Origin: an uncultured Opitutales bacterium
GTDB lineage: Bacteria; Verrucomicrobiota; Verrucomicrobiia; Opitutales; JABDGR01
Assembly (NCBI GenBank): GCA_964562015.1
Contig: CAZLRH010000008.1
Span: 26,500 to 90,499, forward strand
Length of the DNA stretch: 64,000 nucleotides
Direction of reading: 5' to 3'
The notes below the pieces were generated by a model, which saw only the letters and a program-made list of their open reading frames with translations, searched no databases and was not told the DNA's origin. The position numbers were made by a program, and so were the translations under genes. How positions within the stretch are numbered: the first letter of the stretch is position 1; the number at the start of each line of letters is the position of its first letter. Positions 53,021-62,468 of this stretch are shown piece after piece.

Positions 53021-54436
53021 TTAACCCTCCGGCAGCGCCAGGCCAAAGTAGCCCTTGGCGTTGCGGTAGCAGATGTTGCGCACGAGGTCGGCCAGCATCG
53101 CGCGGTCGTCCGGTATAAAACCGCGACCGACATCCTCGCCCAGCATGCCGCACAAGAGCCGGCGGAAATACTCATGGCGCGGGTACGAGAGGAAGGAGCG
53201 GGAATCCGTCAGCATGCCTACGAACCGCGACAAGAGGCCCAAATTCGAGAGCGCGTCGATCTGCCAGCGCATGCCTTCGATTTGATCCACAAACCACCAA
53301 GCGGACCCAAACTGGAGCTTGCCGGGAATGGAGCCGTCCTGGAAATTGCCAATCATCGTGCCGAAGAGGTAATTGTCCGCCGGATTGACGTTGTACAAAA
53401 TCATCTTCGGCAGCTTTTCGGCGTCGTCGAGGGTCTTGAGATAGGTCGAGAGCGTGCGGGCCTGGGGAAAGTCGCCGATGGAGTCGCACCCGACGTCGTT
53501 GCCCAGGCGGCGGACCAGCCGCGGATTGTTGTCGCGGATGGCGCCGAGGTGGAGTTGCTTCGTCCAGCCCCGACGGTGGTCGAGTTCGCCCAAAAACAGC
53601 ATGATATAAAATCCGAAGGCTTGTTTCTGCGCGGGGGTGGCGGTGCGGCCGGCGCGGGCGGCGTCGAAAATCGCCGCAGCCTGCGCTTCCGTGCACGGGC
53701 CCTCGAACATAGCCTCGAGGCCGTGGTCGGACAGGCGTCCGCCCATTTCATGGAAAAACGCGTGGCGCTTGTCCAAAGCGATGAGAAAATCACTCAACTT
53801 GCCGCAGGTTTGGCCGGCGACTTGTTCGAGCTTTCCCAGCCAGGCGTTGAAGGCCTCGGGCTGGTCCACCGCATAGGCCTTGTCGGGCCGGAACGCCGGA
53901 TACACGCGCGTGGCGAGACCCTGCTGGACGATGGCGCGATGGGGTTCGAGCGTGTCGGCCGGATCGTCGGTCGTGCACACCGCGCGCACGCGCATTTTTT
54001 TCAGGATGCCTTGCGTGGTCAGTTCCGGCGACTGGAGTTTTTCATTGGCCTCGTCCCAGATGCGTTTCGCAGAATCACCATTCAACAAAGTGTTGATGCC
54101 GAAGTAGCGGCGCAATTCGAGGTGCGTCCAATGATGCAGGGGGTTGCGCAGCGTGTGCGGAACGGTGCGCGCGTAGGCCAGAAATTTTTCGTAGGGCGCG
54201 ACTTTGCCGGTGACGGATTCCTCGGGCACACCGTTGGTGCGCATGGCGCGCCACTTGTAGTGGTCGCCCTCGAGCCAGGCTTCAAAGAGATTGTTGAAGC
54301 GGCGGTTGCTCGCAATGTCCACTGGCGGTAGGTGGCAATGGTAATCGAGGATGGGCTCGTGCACCGCATGCTCGTGGTACAGGAACCGCGCCGTCTCGTT
54401 GGGCAGCAGAAAGTCTTCGTGCAGGTAGGAGGACAT
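53021..54436 (-). CDS. uxaC: Glucuronate (uronate) isomerase
   Basis: MSSYLHEDFLLPNETARFLYHE...PILDYHCHL opening and WWF...Q motifs typical of UxaC. 471 aa. Confidence 0.92.
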   Translation of the reverse strand: MSSYLHEDFLLPNETARFLYHEHAVHEPILDYHCHLPPVDIASNRRFNNLFEAWLEGDHYKWRAMRTNGVPEESVTGKVAPYEKFLAYARTVPHTLRNPLHHWTHLELRRYFGINTLLNGDSAKRIWDEANEKLQSPELTTQGILKKMRVRAVCTTDDPADTLEPHRAIVQQGLATRVYPAFRPDKAYAVDQPEAFNAWLGKLEQVAGQTCGKLSDFLIALDKRHAFFHEMGGRLSDHGLEAMFEGPCTEAQAAAIFDAARAGRTATPAQKQAFGFYIMLFLGELDHRRGWTKQLHLGAIRDNNPRLVRRLGNDVGCDSIGDFPQARTLSTYLKTLDDAEKLPKMILYNVNPADNYLFGTMIGNFQDGSIPGKLQFGSAWWFVDQIEGMRWQIDALSNLGLLSRFVGMLTDSRSFLSYPRHEYFRRLLCGMLGEDVGRGFIPDDRAMLADLVRNICYRNAKGYFGLALPEG

Positions 54437-54451
54437 CGGGAAAAATTCCGT

Positions 54452-55231
54452 TTAGATGGTCACGCAGTTGAAGCCGCCGTCGACGACGACTTCCGTGCCG
54501 GTGATGAATTTGCCGGCATCAGAGGCCAGCAGCAGCGCGGCGCCGGCGAGTTCGGCGGCCTCGCCGAAACGTTTCATCGGCGTGTGGCCCATGATTTGCG
54601 CGACACGCTCGGGCGTGAGCACCTTGCGGTTCTGTTCGGCAGGGAAAAATCCCGGCACGAGGGTGTTGACGCGCACGCCCTTGGGAGCCCATTCGCGCGC
54701 GAGATTGCGGGAAAGGTTGTGCACCGCCGCCTTCGTCGCCGAATACGTGAACACGCGCGACAACGGCGCGAGCCCCGACATCGAACCGATGTTGATGATG
54801 CTGGCCGCGCGCCCGCTCTTGAGGAAGTAGCGCCCGAACACCTGACAGGACAAAAACAGCGCCTTCAGATTCACGTTGAGAATCTTGTCAAATTCCTCCT
54901 CGGAAATTTCCAAAAAAGGCGTGGCGGAATTGGTGCCCGCGCCGTTGACCAGAATGTCGATGCCGCCGGTCTTGGCGACAACGCGCTCCACCAGCTCGGT
55001 CAGGCCGGCCTTGGATTGCGCTTCGCAAGGCTCGAACCAGGCGCCCTTGTGGTGCAAATGATGAATTTTTTCGAGGCGGGCGTTGGCCTTGTCGGGATTG
55101 CGCCCGACGAGCACGACGGTGGCGCCGGCGCCGGCGAACGCCTCGGCCATGGCGCCGCATAATTCGCCGGTGCCGCCGATGAGGACGGCGGTTTTGCCCG
55201 CGAGGGAGAACAAGGAGTCGAGGTAGGACAT
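54452..55231 (-). CDS. SDR-family oxidoreductase (KduD/gluconate-5-dehydrogenase-like)
   Basis: [15 protein letters not shown] Rossmann motif, NGAG, and the S...YSATK catalytic motif. Hexuronate-pathway context. Confidence 0.8.
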   Translation of the reverse strand: MSYLDSLFSLAGKTAVLIGGTGELCGAMAEAFAGAGATVVLVGRNPDKANARLEKIHHLHHKGAWFEPCEAQSKAGLTELVERVVAKTGGIDILVNGAGTNSATPFLEISEEEFDKILNVNLKALFLSCQVFGRYFLKSGRAASIINIGSMSGLAPLSRVFTYSATKAAVHNLSRNLAREWAPKGVRVNTLVPGFFPAEQNRKVLTPERVAQIMGHTPMKRFGEAAELAGAALLLASDAGKFITGTEVVVDGGFNCVTI

Positions 55232-55243
55232 GGAAAATGAATT

Positions 55244-55689
55244 TTACCGCAAAGACGCAAAGAGCGCTAAGGCATGTGATGATTCAAAACTACGCGCATA
55301 ATTCCATCTTTTAGAACAGGTACGTTAAAATTCATCAACAAGCCAAGCGAAAGTTTGGTGAGCCGCAAATAGGTCAAGAGTTGAGCGACATGAATGGACT
55401 GTAATTCCTCGACCGCCTTGACTTCCACAATCAGCATTTTTTCGACTACAATGTCCAGCCGGTAACCGGCGTCTAATTTCAATCCCTTATAAGTCAAAGG
55501 AAGCATCAGCTGCGTTTCGACCGCCAAGCCTGCATCACGGAGTTCCTTCGCCAAGCAAAACTCATAAGCCGATTCCAATAAACCGGGCCCCAAGTGGCGA
55601 TGCACCTCGATGGCTGCGCCAATGGCACGCCGGCCTATCTCTTCAACGTCCATAGGGATTTCTTCGCGATCTTTACGTCTTTGCGGTAA
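55244..55689 (-). mobile_element. GxxExxY cassette 2: ORF bounded by 23-nt inverted repeats that fill the kdgK-SDR spacer
   Basis: Left arm 55244-55266 ttaccgcaaagacgcaaagagcg. Reverse complement of right arm 55667-55689 is ttaccgcaaagacgtaaagatcg (21/23). The arms are two CGCAAAGA-type units. Confidence 0.6.
55267..55653 (-). CDS. GxxExxY protein (PD-(D/E)XK nuclease-like superfamily)
   Basis: GLLESAY motif in ...VHRHLGPGLLESAYEFCLAKELRDAGL..., then ...DIVVEKMLIVEVKA... 128 aa. Confidence 0.85.
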   Translation of the reverse strand: MDVEEIGRRAIGAAIEVHRHLGPGLLESAYEFCLAKELRDAGLAVETQLMLPLTYKGLKLDAGYRLDIVVEKMLIVEVKAVEELQSIHVAQLLTYLRLTKLSLGLLMNFNVPVLKDGIMRVVLNHHMP

Positions 55690-55699
55690 ATCTAGTTTA

Positions 55700-56797
55700 T
55701 TACCGCACGACGCGGGCGCCGCCGCCGCCGACCACTTTTTCCACTTCGTCCAGCGACGCCATCGAGGTGTCGCCGGGCGTGGTCATGGCCAGGGCGCCGT
55801 GGGCGGCGCCGTATTGCACGGCTTGGGCGGCGTCGTTGAATTTGAGGAATCCATAGATCAGCCCCGACGCAAAACTGTCGCCGCCGCCGACGCGATCCAG
55901 GATTTCCAAATCAGGGTATTCATTCGACGCGAAGAATTTGCCGTCGTGCCAGCAGATGGCGCTCCAGTCGTTGCGCGTCGCACTCTTGACGGAGCGGAGC
56001 GTCGTGGCGGCGGCCTTGAAGTTGGGAAATTCCTTCACCGCGTTTTGAATCATGCCCTTGAAGGCTTCCGTCTCAATGTGGGAGATTTTGTCGTCGAGGC
56101 CCTGCACTTCAAGGCCGAGGCAAGCGGTGAAGTCCTCTTCGTTGCCGATCATCACGTCCACATTTTTGGCGATGCGGCGGTTGACTTCCTGCGCGCGTTT
56201 CTTGCCGCCGATGGCCTTCCACAGCGACGGCCGGTAATTCAAATCGTAGGAGACGATGACGCCGTGTTTCTTCGCCACCTGCACCGCTTCCTCGACGACC
56301 GCGGGCGTGGTGTCCGACAACGCCGCGAAAATCCCGCCGGTGTGCAGCCAGCGCACGCCGAGCGTGCCAAAAATGTGTTCCCAATCAATGTCGCCCGGTT
56401 TCAGTTGCGAGGCGGCCGAATTGCCCCGGTCAGGGATGCCGACGGCGCCGCGAATGCCGAAGCCGCGTTCGGTGAAGTTCAGGCCGTTGCGCACGGTGCG
56501 CCCCACCCCGTCGTACGGCAGCCAGCGGATAAACCGCGTGTCCACACCGCCCTGCAAAATAAAATCCTCCAACAACCGGCCCACGTCGTTGTCGGCAAAC
56601 GCGGTAGCCACCGCCGTGCGCAAGCCAAAGGCCCGCCGCAATCCGCGCGCGACATTGTACTCGCCGCCGCCCTCCCACACATGAAAGTTCCGCGCGGTGC
56701 GGACACGGCCTTCGCCGGGATCCAGGCGCAGCATGATTTCACCGAGCGCGATCATGTCGAACGCGCAAGTGTTGGCGGGTCTGATGTTCAGGCTCAT
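55700..56797 (-). CDS. kdgK: 2-dehydro-3-deoxygluconokinase (PfkB family)
   Basis: GEIMLRL...GGGEYNVARGL N-terminal pattern and the C-terminal DRVGGGDSFASG PfkB signature. Hexuronate context. Confidence 0.75.
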   Translation of the reverse strand: MSLNIRPANTCAFDMIALGEIMLRLDPGEGRVRTARNFHVWEGGGEYNVARGLRRAFGLRTAVATAFADNDVGRLLEDFILQGGVDTRFIRWLPYDGVGRTVRNGLNFTERGFGIRGAVGIPDRGNSAASQLKPGDIDWEHIFGTLGVRWLHTGGIFAALSDTTPAVVEEAVQVAKKHGVIVSYDLNYRPSLWKAIGGKKRAQEVNRRIAKNVDVMIGNEEDFTACLGLEVQGLDDKISHIETEAFKGMIQNAVKEFPNFKAAATTLRSVKSATRNDWSAICWHDGKFFASNEYPDLEILDRVGGGDSFASGLIYGFLKFNDAAQAVQYGAAHGALAMTTPGDTSMASLDEVEKVVGGGGARVVR

Positions 56798-56917
56798 GAC
56801 AACGGGAGATAGTTTTGAAACAGGGGAAACAACTATGCTGAACGGGCCGCCCGCCGAAAGGCAAACTCATTTCCCCGGACGACTGTGGCCCAGGATGGAG
56901 GCGTGCCTTGATTTTTT

Positions 56918-56946
56918 AGCGCGGGGCATTAGCCCGCGCTTTTTTT
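56918..56946 (+). terminator. GC-rich stem-loop followed by T6 (intrinsic-terminator-like, plus-strand sense)
   Basis: agcgcggg (56918-56925) pairs with cccgcgct (56933-56940) around a 7-nt loop, then tttttt (56941-46). A T-run also precedes it, so on the minus strand the stem is flanked by A-runs. Confidence 0.4.
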
Positions 56947-59200
56947 ATTCGAGTGATCCTAGGCGCGGGCGGGCGTCCATAGCTGCGGTCGAATTCGCCG
57001 GATTGGGCGCCGCCGCCTGCGTGGCGGGGGAGGCCAATGGGGTGCCGTCGAGTTTGAAATTCTGATTCAGTTCCAAGCGGAGGTAATCCCACACGACGCC
57101 GCTTTGCAGGTCGCCGCCCGGCACCGTGAGCGTCAGGGTATTTTCACCCGGCTGAAGCAGCGCGGCGTCAAAGGTCAATGTCCGCTGTTGCGAAAGACCT
57201 TTGTTGGAGTTGTAGCGAATGGTGTTGGTGGTAATGAGGCGGGCGTTGGCCACGTTGTCCCCGCCGCCGATGGCCCCCACTTCATGCCCATTGACGGTCA
57301 CTGCCATCTGGGAGATGCCATTAACGCCGGCCAGGGCCACGCGCAAAGCGGCGTAGCCTTGCACTGGTTTATCCATCTTAAATTTAATGGTCCAGGTCGT
57401 TGCGCGACCGCGACCCCAGATGCGCCAGGGGCCGGTGGTGTCCGTTTGCGGGTACTGCTCAAGCGATTCGCTGTGCACCCAACCGAAGGGTTGGTTGGCC
57501 GGATCCTTGGCGTCGGGATTGACAAAAGACAAATCGGTGGCGTGCGGCACTTCCTCAAAAAACCAGTCTTTGCGGTAATCGCTTTGGCCGATGGTATAAG
57601 TGATGTCGTTCGGAAAAAGGAGGGCGTAGCGCATGTTCCAACCCCAGAGCCAATAGTTGGCGCCATCGCCTTTGAAAAATTTGCCGCCGGTGTGGTCGGG
57701 GTAACCAATATCCCAGAGCTGGGTGCCGTAGCGCACGGGTTTCCAGACGAGCTTGCCCAAATCCAGATTCTGGCCCGCCACAATCGTGATGTTGGCTTGG
57801 GCGAAATCGTCCAGCACCCCATCGGCATAGGCATGGAGCGTATAATTGCCGGGCCGGACTTCGGTGAGGGTGAATTTGCCATCGTCGCTGCCATCATTGA
57901 AAAATTGGTAATACTTGGCATTGTGAATCCACTCGAGATTGCCTTCGTCGGGGTGAGCCAGGCCGACGATGAGATGCGGCAGCTTGGTCATCGGCGCGGG
58001 CGCCAGGGGGTCGTCGAGCACCATTTGTCCGGTCACGGTCGCACGCTGATCCCGATGGGGATAGTCCACGCCGTTGACCCACCCGTACGGCCATTTCGCT
58101 TTTTCCTTTTTGGCCTGGTCCAAGGCGTCGGCATACAACGCGTTGGCGTTGGCCGTCCAGGAAGCGGGGATAGTGGGGTTGCCAGCGGTGGCGGCGAGGG
58201 TGTCCAATTCGGCCGGGCTGGTGGGCTTGGGGGTGTCCAGGGAATTGACGTAAACAAATATCGGGCCGACGACCTTGCTCCATTCTTCCCCGGCGGCGAC
58301 AGTGCAACGCGCGCCCGTGTCGTAATGGCCGCCTTCCCAATAATCGAGGATGATGGGGTCGGGATTGCCGTTGTCGCCGTAGTGGGCGTCCAAGTCCAAT
58401 TTGAACGGGCCGCCGCTTAAGAACTCAATGGTGGGGTTGATGAACCAGACACCGAGGTGATCCTTCGTGCTCGACCAGCCGAAGGCCGGCGTCCGGTATT
58501 GCACGCCGGTGTAACTGTACTTGTGCTCGACCGAATTTTTATAGACGCCCTTGGTCAAAATGCGCTGCTCCTTCGCGTGGACCACGACGCCCGTGCCCCA
58601 ATCCGTCGGCGCACACTCCAGCAGGTTGCGGTCGGCATCCACCGTGAGCCAATCGAAGGTCTGGTTGACCCGGGCGATGAAACGATCTTCGGGACCGTCG
58701 CCGCCGGCGCGGTAAGCGGCCGGGTGGGTATAAATCGCGTATGTGTAAACTCCCTGATCGCCCCGGCCGAGCGAGTAGCGCAGTTCGATGTCGAAATTGG
58801 ACCCGCCGCCGGGAGCATCCGGGCTCAACACCACTTGGCCGCCGGTCACGCCTTTGATGGAGATTTCACCGCGCTCTCCGCCGTTTTTGGCCGGGTCAAT
58901 GGTGACGGTGTTCGTCAAGCCGTCGACCCTGGCCGCCGCAGAAGGGTCATGCTCCCATGTGCCGCCGGAGCCTTGCACATGGCCCATGGTGTCGATGCCC
59001 TTGTAAAAGAGAGACGTCAATTCGCCTGTATTTTTTTTGATGAGCACCTTGACGATGCCGTTATCGAGCACGAAATAGGAGGCTTGGCCCGTGGTGGTTT
59101 CCGAGACCGTCACCGGCGCGGCCGGGGCCGGCGCCGCGGCAGCCGCGACGCGGGAAAAAAGCGCCAGCGTGAAAAGCAAAAAGGGTAATTTCAGTTTCAT
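56945..59200 (-). CDS. Rhamnogalacturonan lyase-like protein (polysaccharide lyase family 4-like)
   Basis: Start reset to MKLKLPFLLFTLALFS (signal peptide). YFVLDNGIVKVLIKKNTGELTSLFYKGID, GEEWSKVVGPIFVYVN, and LWDIGYPDHTGGKF...ITYTIGQSDYRKDWFFEEV resemble conserved PL4 blocks as I recall them. Confidence 0.6.
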   Translation of the reverse strand: MKLKLPFLLFTLALFSRVAAAAAPAPAAPVTVSETTTGQASYFVLDNGIVKVLIKKNTGELTSLFYKGIDTMGHVQGSGGTWEHDPSAAARVDGLTNTVTIDPAKNGGERGEISIKGVTGGQVVLSPDAPGGGSNFDIELRYSLGRGDQGVYTYAIYTHPAAYRAGGDGPEDRFIARVNQTFDWLTVDADRNLLECAPTDWGTGVVVHAKEQRILTKGVYKNSVEHKYSYTGVQYRTPAFGWSSTKDHLGVWFINPTIEFLSGGPFKLDLDAHYGDNGNPDPIILDYWEGGHYDTGARCTVAAGEEWSKVVGPIFVYVNSLDTPKPTSPAELDTLAATAGNPTIPASWTANANALYADALDQAKKEKAKWPYGWVNGVDYPHRDQRATVTGQMVLDDPLAPAPMTKLPHLIVGLAHPDEGNLEWIHNAKYYQFFNDGSDDGKFTLTEVRPGNYTLHAYADGVLDDFAQANITIVAGQNLDLGKLVWKPVRYGTQLWDIGYPDHTGGKFFKGDGANYWLWGWNMRYALLFPNDITYTIGQSDYRKDWFFEEVPHATDLSFVNPDAKDPANQPFGWVHSESLEQYPQTDTTGPWRIWGRGRATTWTIKFKMDKPVQGYAALRVALAGVNGISQMAVTVNGHEVGAIGGGDNVANARLITTNTIRYNSNKGLSQQRTLTFDAALLQPGENTLTLTVPGGDLQSGVVWDYLRLELNQNFKLDGTPLASPATQAAAPNPANSTAAMDARPRLGSLE

Positions 59201-59357
59201 GGAAGGGGGATGGAATTGACCCAACTCTATAGGTATTGCCCAGGCAACGGAATGCCTAAACATGGCACATTCATGTCTAAAATCAACCGAAGCGCACGAA
59301 AGGGAGCGAGCCGGCGCGCACCCGCCCAAATGGCATACGGGCCATTTTTCGCCCCGC

Positions 59358-59600
59358 TCAGCCGCGCCGGCCACTCAAATGCAGCACGGCCAGAAAGATC
59401 ACCAGCGTGGCGGTAAAGAAAATACCTTCCTGCAACGGTTGCGAGACGCCCAAGTGGAATTGCTTGATCAAGTTGTACAGAATATAGAGGGAAAACGAGA
59501 GGGCCAGGCTGCCACCCAGAAAGCGCCGCCCGCCCAGCGCCATGCGCGCACCGAGAAAGACAATCAGGGCCTCCATCCCCAGGGAGATGTATTGCAACAT
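59358..59600 (-). CDS. Hypothetical small membrane protein
   Basis: 80 aa from the internal ATG at 59600; the longer ORF would overlap purK. Three hydrophobic helices. Confidence 0.35.
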   Translation of the reverse strand: MLQYISLGMEALIVFLGARMALGGRRFLGGSLALSFSLYILYNLIKQFHLGVSQPLQEGIFFTATLVIFLAVLHLSGRRG

Positions 59601-59652
59601 GCCCCCGCATCTTTCACGAATCCCCGCGCCTGAACATAAAAAAATCGCCCGC

Positions 59653-60804
59653 TTACCCGCCCAGTTCGCGGAACAGCCGGTCGGCGGTTTTGACCGCGCG
59701 CTCCACGTTTTCATCCAAGACGGTGAAGTGGCCCATCTTGCGGCCGGGCCGCGGCTCGCCTTTATCGTAGAGGTGCAGCTTCACCTGCGGGTGCTTCAAA
59801 AGTTTGGCCCACGCGGGCGCCTGTCCCTTTTTCCACAAATCACCGAGCAAATTGATCATGACCGCCGGGCGCAGCAATGCCGGGTCGCCCAAGGGCAAAC
59901 CCGTGGCGCAGCGGATTTGCTGCTCAAACTGGCTGGTGACGCAGGCCTCGATTGTGTAGTGGCCGCTGTTGTGCGGGCGCGGGGCGAGTTCGTTCACCAG
60001 CAATTTTCCGCCGGCGTAAAACATTTCCACGGCCAGCAGGCCGGTGACTTTCAGCGCCTTCGCCAGCGCGCACGCCAGCGCGGCGGCCTCGGTGTGCACG
60101 CGCGGCGGCACCCGCGCCGGGGCGATGGTGCGGTGCAGGATATGGTGACGGTGTTCGTTTTCCGCCATCGGAAAAACCTTCATCGCGCCGCCCGCGCCGC
60201 GCGCGACAATCACTGAGCACTCCAGGTCGAAATCAATCCACTTTTCCACCACGCCCAGGGGCGCGCCGAGGCTTTTCCACGCCTTTACCCAGCCGTCCGC
60301 CGGCACACCCGTGAGCTTGAGCTGACCCTTGCCGTCGTAGCCGAAGGCCGCCGTTTTCAGCACGCACGGAAAACCGAGCGCGGCCGCCGCGTTTTCCAAC
60401 TCCCTGGCCGAGGAGACGACTGCAAAATCCGCGCAGGGAAAACCGTGCCGCCGCAAGAATTCCTTTTCCCGCCGGCGATTCTGGCAGATGTGCAGGACCC
60501 TCGCTCCCGGCCGCACCGGCACGCGGCGCTCCAGCACGCGCAAGGTCGCGGCGGGAATGTTTTCAAATTCAATCGTCGCGCCCGCGATGTCTGCGGCAAA
60601 GGCCTTGAGTGAGCGGGGGTCGTCCCACGGCGCATAAAAAATCTCCTCGGCCACCGCCGCCGCGCAGCAACCGGGCGAAGGGTCGTACACGTGAAACCGG
60701 TAGCCCAGCCGGCGGCCCGCGAGGAGGGCCATGCGGCCGAGCTGCCCGCCGCCGAGCATCCCCAGCGTGGAGCCGGGCGGAATAAGGCGTTGGCTTTTAC
60801 TCAT
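59653..60804 (-). CDS. purK: N5-carboxyaminoimidazole ribonucleotide synthase
   Basis: LGMLGGGQLGRM opening and ATP-grasp core (FPCVLKTAAFGYDGKGQ, ENEHRHHIL). 383 aa. Confidence 0.9.
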   Translation of the reverse strand: MSKSQRLIPPGSTLGMLGGGQLGRMALLAGRRLGYRFHVYDPSPGCCAAAVAEEIFYAPWDDPRSLKAFAADIAGATIEFENIPAATLRVLERRVPVRPGARVLHICQNRRREKEFLRRHGFPCADFAVVSSARELENAAAALGFPCVLKTAAFGYDGKGQLKLTGVPADGWVKAWKSLGAPLGVVEKWIDFDLECSVIVARGAGGAMKVFPMAENEHRHHILHRTIAPARVPPRVHTEAAALACALAKALKVTGLLAVEMFYAGGKLLVNELAPRPHNSGHYTIEACVTSQFEQQIRCATGLPLGDPALLRPAVMINLLGDLWKKGQAPAWAKLLKHPQVKLHLYDKGEPRPGRKMGHFTVLDENVERAVKTADRLFRELGG

Positions 60805-60810
60805 GCAAAA

Positions 60811-61515
60811 TCAGGGATGGGCGGGAGTTTGCCCAGCTTTCACCGCCGGCGGCAAGACAATCGGTTCCGGTGAACCCGCATCGCGCGGCTGGCGTTGCAG
60901 AAAAGTCACGTCCATCACGGCGAGCACGCGGGCCAGCCATTCGCGCAGATGCGTGTGGCCGAAAAAATGATCGGGGTCCACGGCGGCAAAGCCCACGGCG
61001 TCGATGCCCCAATGTTGCGCGAGAAAAAGCGAGCGCGGCAGGTGCACTCCCTGCGAAATGATGGTCATCGAATCCAGACCGAACACCGTCTTCGCGCGCG
61101 CCATCGAATCCAGCGTGCGCCAACCCGCGTGATCCTCGCTGATATCCGTGGCGGGCACGCCCCGTTTCACCAGGAACACCCGCATCTGGTCCACTTCGTC
61201 GTATTGCGGCGGCGGCCCGCTGCCGGAAACGAGCAGGTGCCGCACCTTGCCCGCCTGGTACAACGCGAGCGCGGCCTCGAGGCGGTCGTCCGAATAAAGC
61301 GTGCCCGGCCCCGTGCCCAGCACGAGCCCCACGTCCCGCACCGGCACATCCTCGACGCGTTTATAAATCCGGCCCGATTCGTAAGCGACCATGCTGAGGT
61401 TGATCGCCACCGTCCCCAAAACCACCAGCACGACCATCGCCAACACCGTCAGAAAAATTCGCCGCAGCCGCCGCCGCAGGGCGGAGGCGGGTCGGTTGGC
61501 GCGCGTTAGGCTCAT
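60811..61515 (-). CDS. SanA/YdcF-like DUF218 membrane protein
   Basis: Start reset to MSLTRANRP. N-terminal TM helix, then GLVLGTGP...RLEAALALYQAGKVRHLLVSG...DEVDQMRVFLVKRGVP...DHAGWRTLDS...ISQGVHLPR. Confidence 0.75.
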   Translation of the reverse strand: MSLTRANRPASALRRRLRRIFLTVLAMVVLVVLGTVAINLSMVAYESGRIYKRVEDVPVRDVGLVLGTGPGTLYSDDRLEAALALYQAGKVRHLLVSGSGPPPQYDEVDQMRVFLVKRGVPATDISEDHAGWRTLDSMARAKTVFGLDSMTIISQGVHLPRSLFLAQHWGIDAVGFAAVDPDHFFGHTHLREWLARVLAVMDVTFLQRQPRDAGSPEPIVLPPAVKAGQTPAHP

Positions 61516-61581
61516 GAGTGGGGTAATTTTGCGTTCGGACTTTCTCGTAGCGCGGTGCTTTAAGCTTTGTTTTAAAACTGG

Positions 61582-61671
61582 ACCACGGATGACACGGATA
61601 ACACGGATTTCCTTCCGCATAAGGATGATCCTTTCATTATTCTTATCCGTGCCATCCGTGTTATCCGTGGT
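61582..61671. repeat. Empty hairpin element with arms of three CACGGAT units (27-nt arms, 36-nt loop)
   Basis: accacggatgacacggataacacggat (61582-61608) against the reverse complement of 61645-61671, accacggataacacggatggcacggat, gives 24/27. Mismatches occur only in the 2-nt spacers between units. Confidence 0.8.
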
Positions 61672-61814
61672 TGCTTGAGGTTTCAAAACACAATCTAGCC
61701 CGCGTAGGGCGACTCGAAATAAACCAAACCGCGCGGGCTAAAGCGCCGCGCTACGATAACCATGCGGGCAAGGTTCATGGTCAGGTAAATGCGCCTTCGC
61801 AGAGAATTTGTGGG

Positions 61815-62324
61815 TTATTTGAGCGGGCCGGTGGCCAGCACGGCTGCCGTTTGCTTTTCGCGAAAGGCCATGAGCCGCGTGCGCAGCGCGGCGTCGTTGA
61901 GCGCCAAAATCGCCGCGGCGGTGAGGGCGGCGTTGGCGGCGCCCGCCGGGCCAATCGCAAAGGTCGCCACTGGAATGCCCTTGGGCATTTGCACGATGGA
62001 GAGCAGCGAGTCGAGCCCTTGCAGTGCCTTTGACACCACCGGCACGCCGAGGACGGGCAAATGCGTCAGCGCCGCCGTCATCCCCGGCAAGTGGGCGGCG
62101 CCGCCCGCGCCTGCAATGATGACCTGCAAACCCCGCCCACTGGCCGCCTGCGCGTAATCATAGAGTTTCTTCGGCGTGCGGTGCGCGCTGACGACCTGGC
62201 ACTCATGCGCAATGCCCAGAGCGTCGAGCATTTCCGCGGCGTGGCGCATGGTTTCCCAGTCGGACTGGCTGCCCATGATGATGCCCACGACCCGTGACAC
62301 CTTCGACGCTTTCGGTTTGCTCAT
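61815..62324 (-). CDS. purE: N5-carboxyaminoimidazole ribonucleotide mutase
   Basis: [11 protein letters not shown]...VVSAHRTP...[10 protein letters not shown] are class I PurE signatures. Start at MSKPKAS. Confidence 0.93.
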   Translation of the reverse strand: MSKPKASKVSRVVGIIMGSQSDWETMRHAAEMLDALGIAHECQVVSAHRTPKKLYDYAQAASGRGLQVIIAGAGGAAHLPGMTAALTHLPVLGVPVVSKALQGLDSLLSIVQMPKGIPVATFAIGPAGAANAALTAAAILALNDAALRTRLMAFREKQTAAVLATGPLK

Positions 62325-62468
62325 GACCCAGTCTCGCCCAAACCGCCCCACCCCGCCAAGGGAAATTTTGCGACTATGGTAAGACCGTGCGGTTGATAAG
62401 GTCTTAACTAGCCCTAAGTCGGCGGACTGGAAATTTGTGCGGTAAATCCCGAATCATCTTTTCTTTTC

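Noticed and set aside
56697-57065. 122-aa plus-strand ORF spanning the kdgK-lyase spacer
   Set aside because: It overlaps the ends of both minus-strand genes and has no motif. The only plus-strand signal here is the terminator-like hairpin, reported separately.
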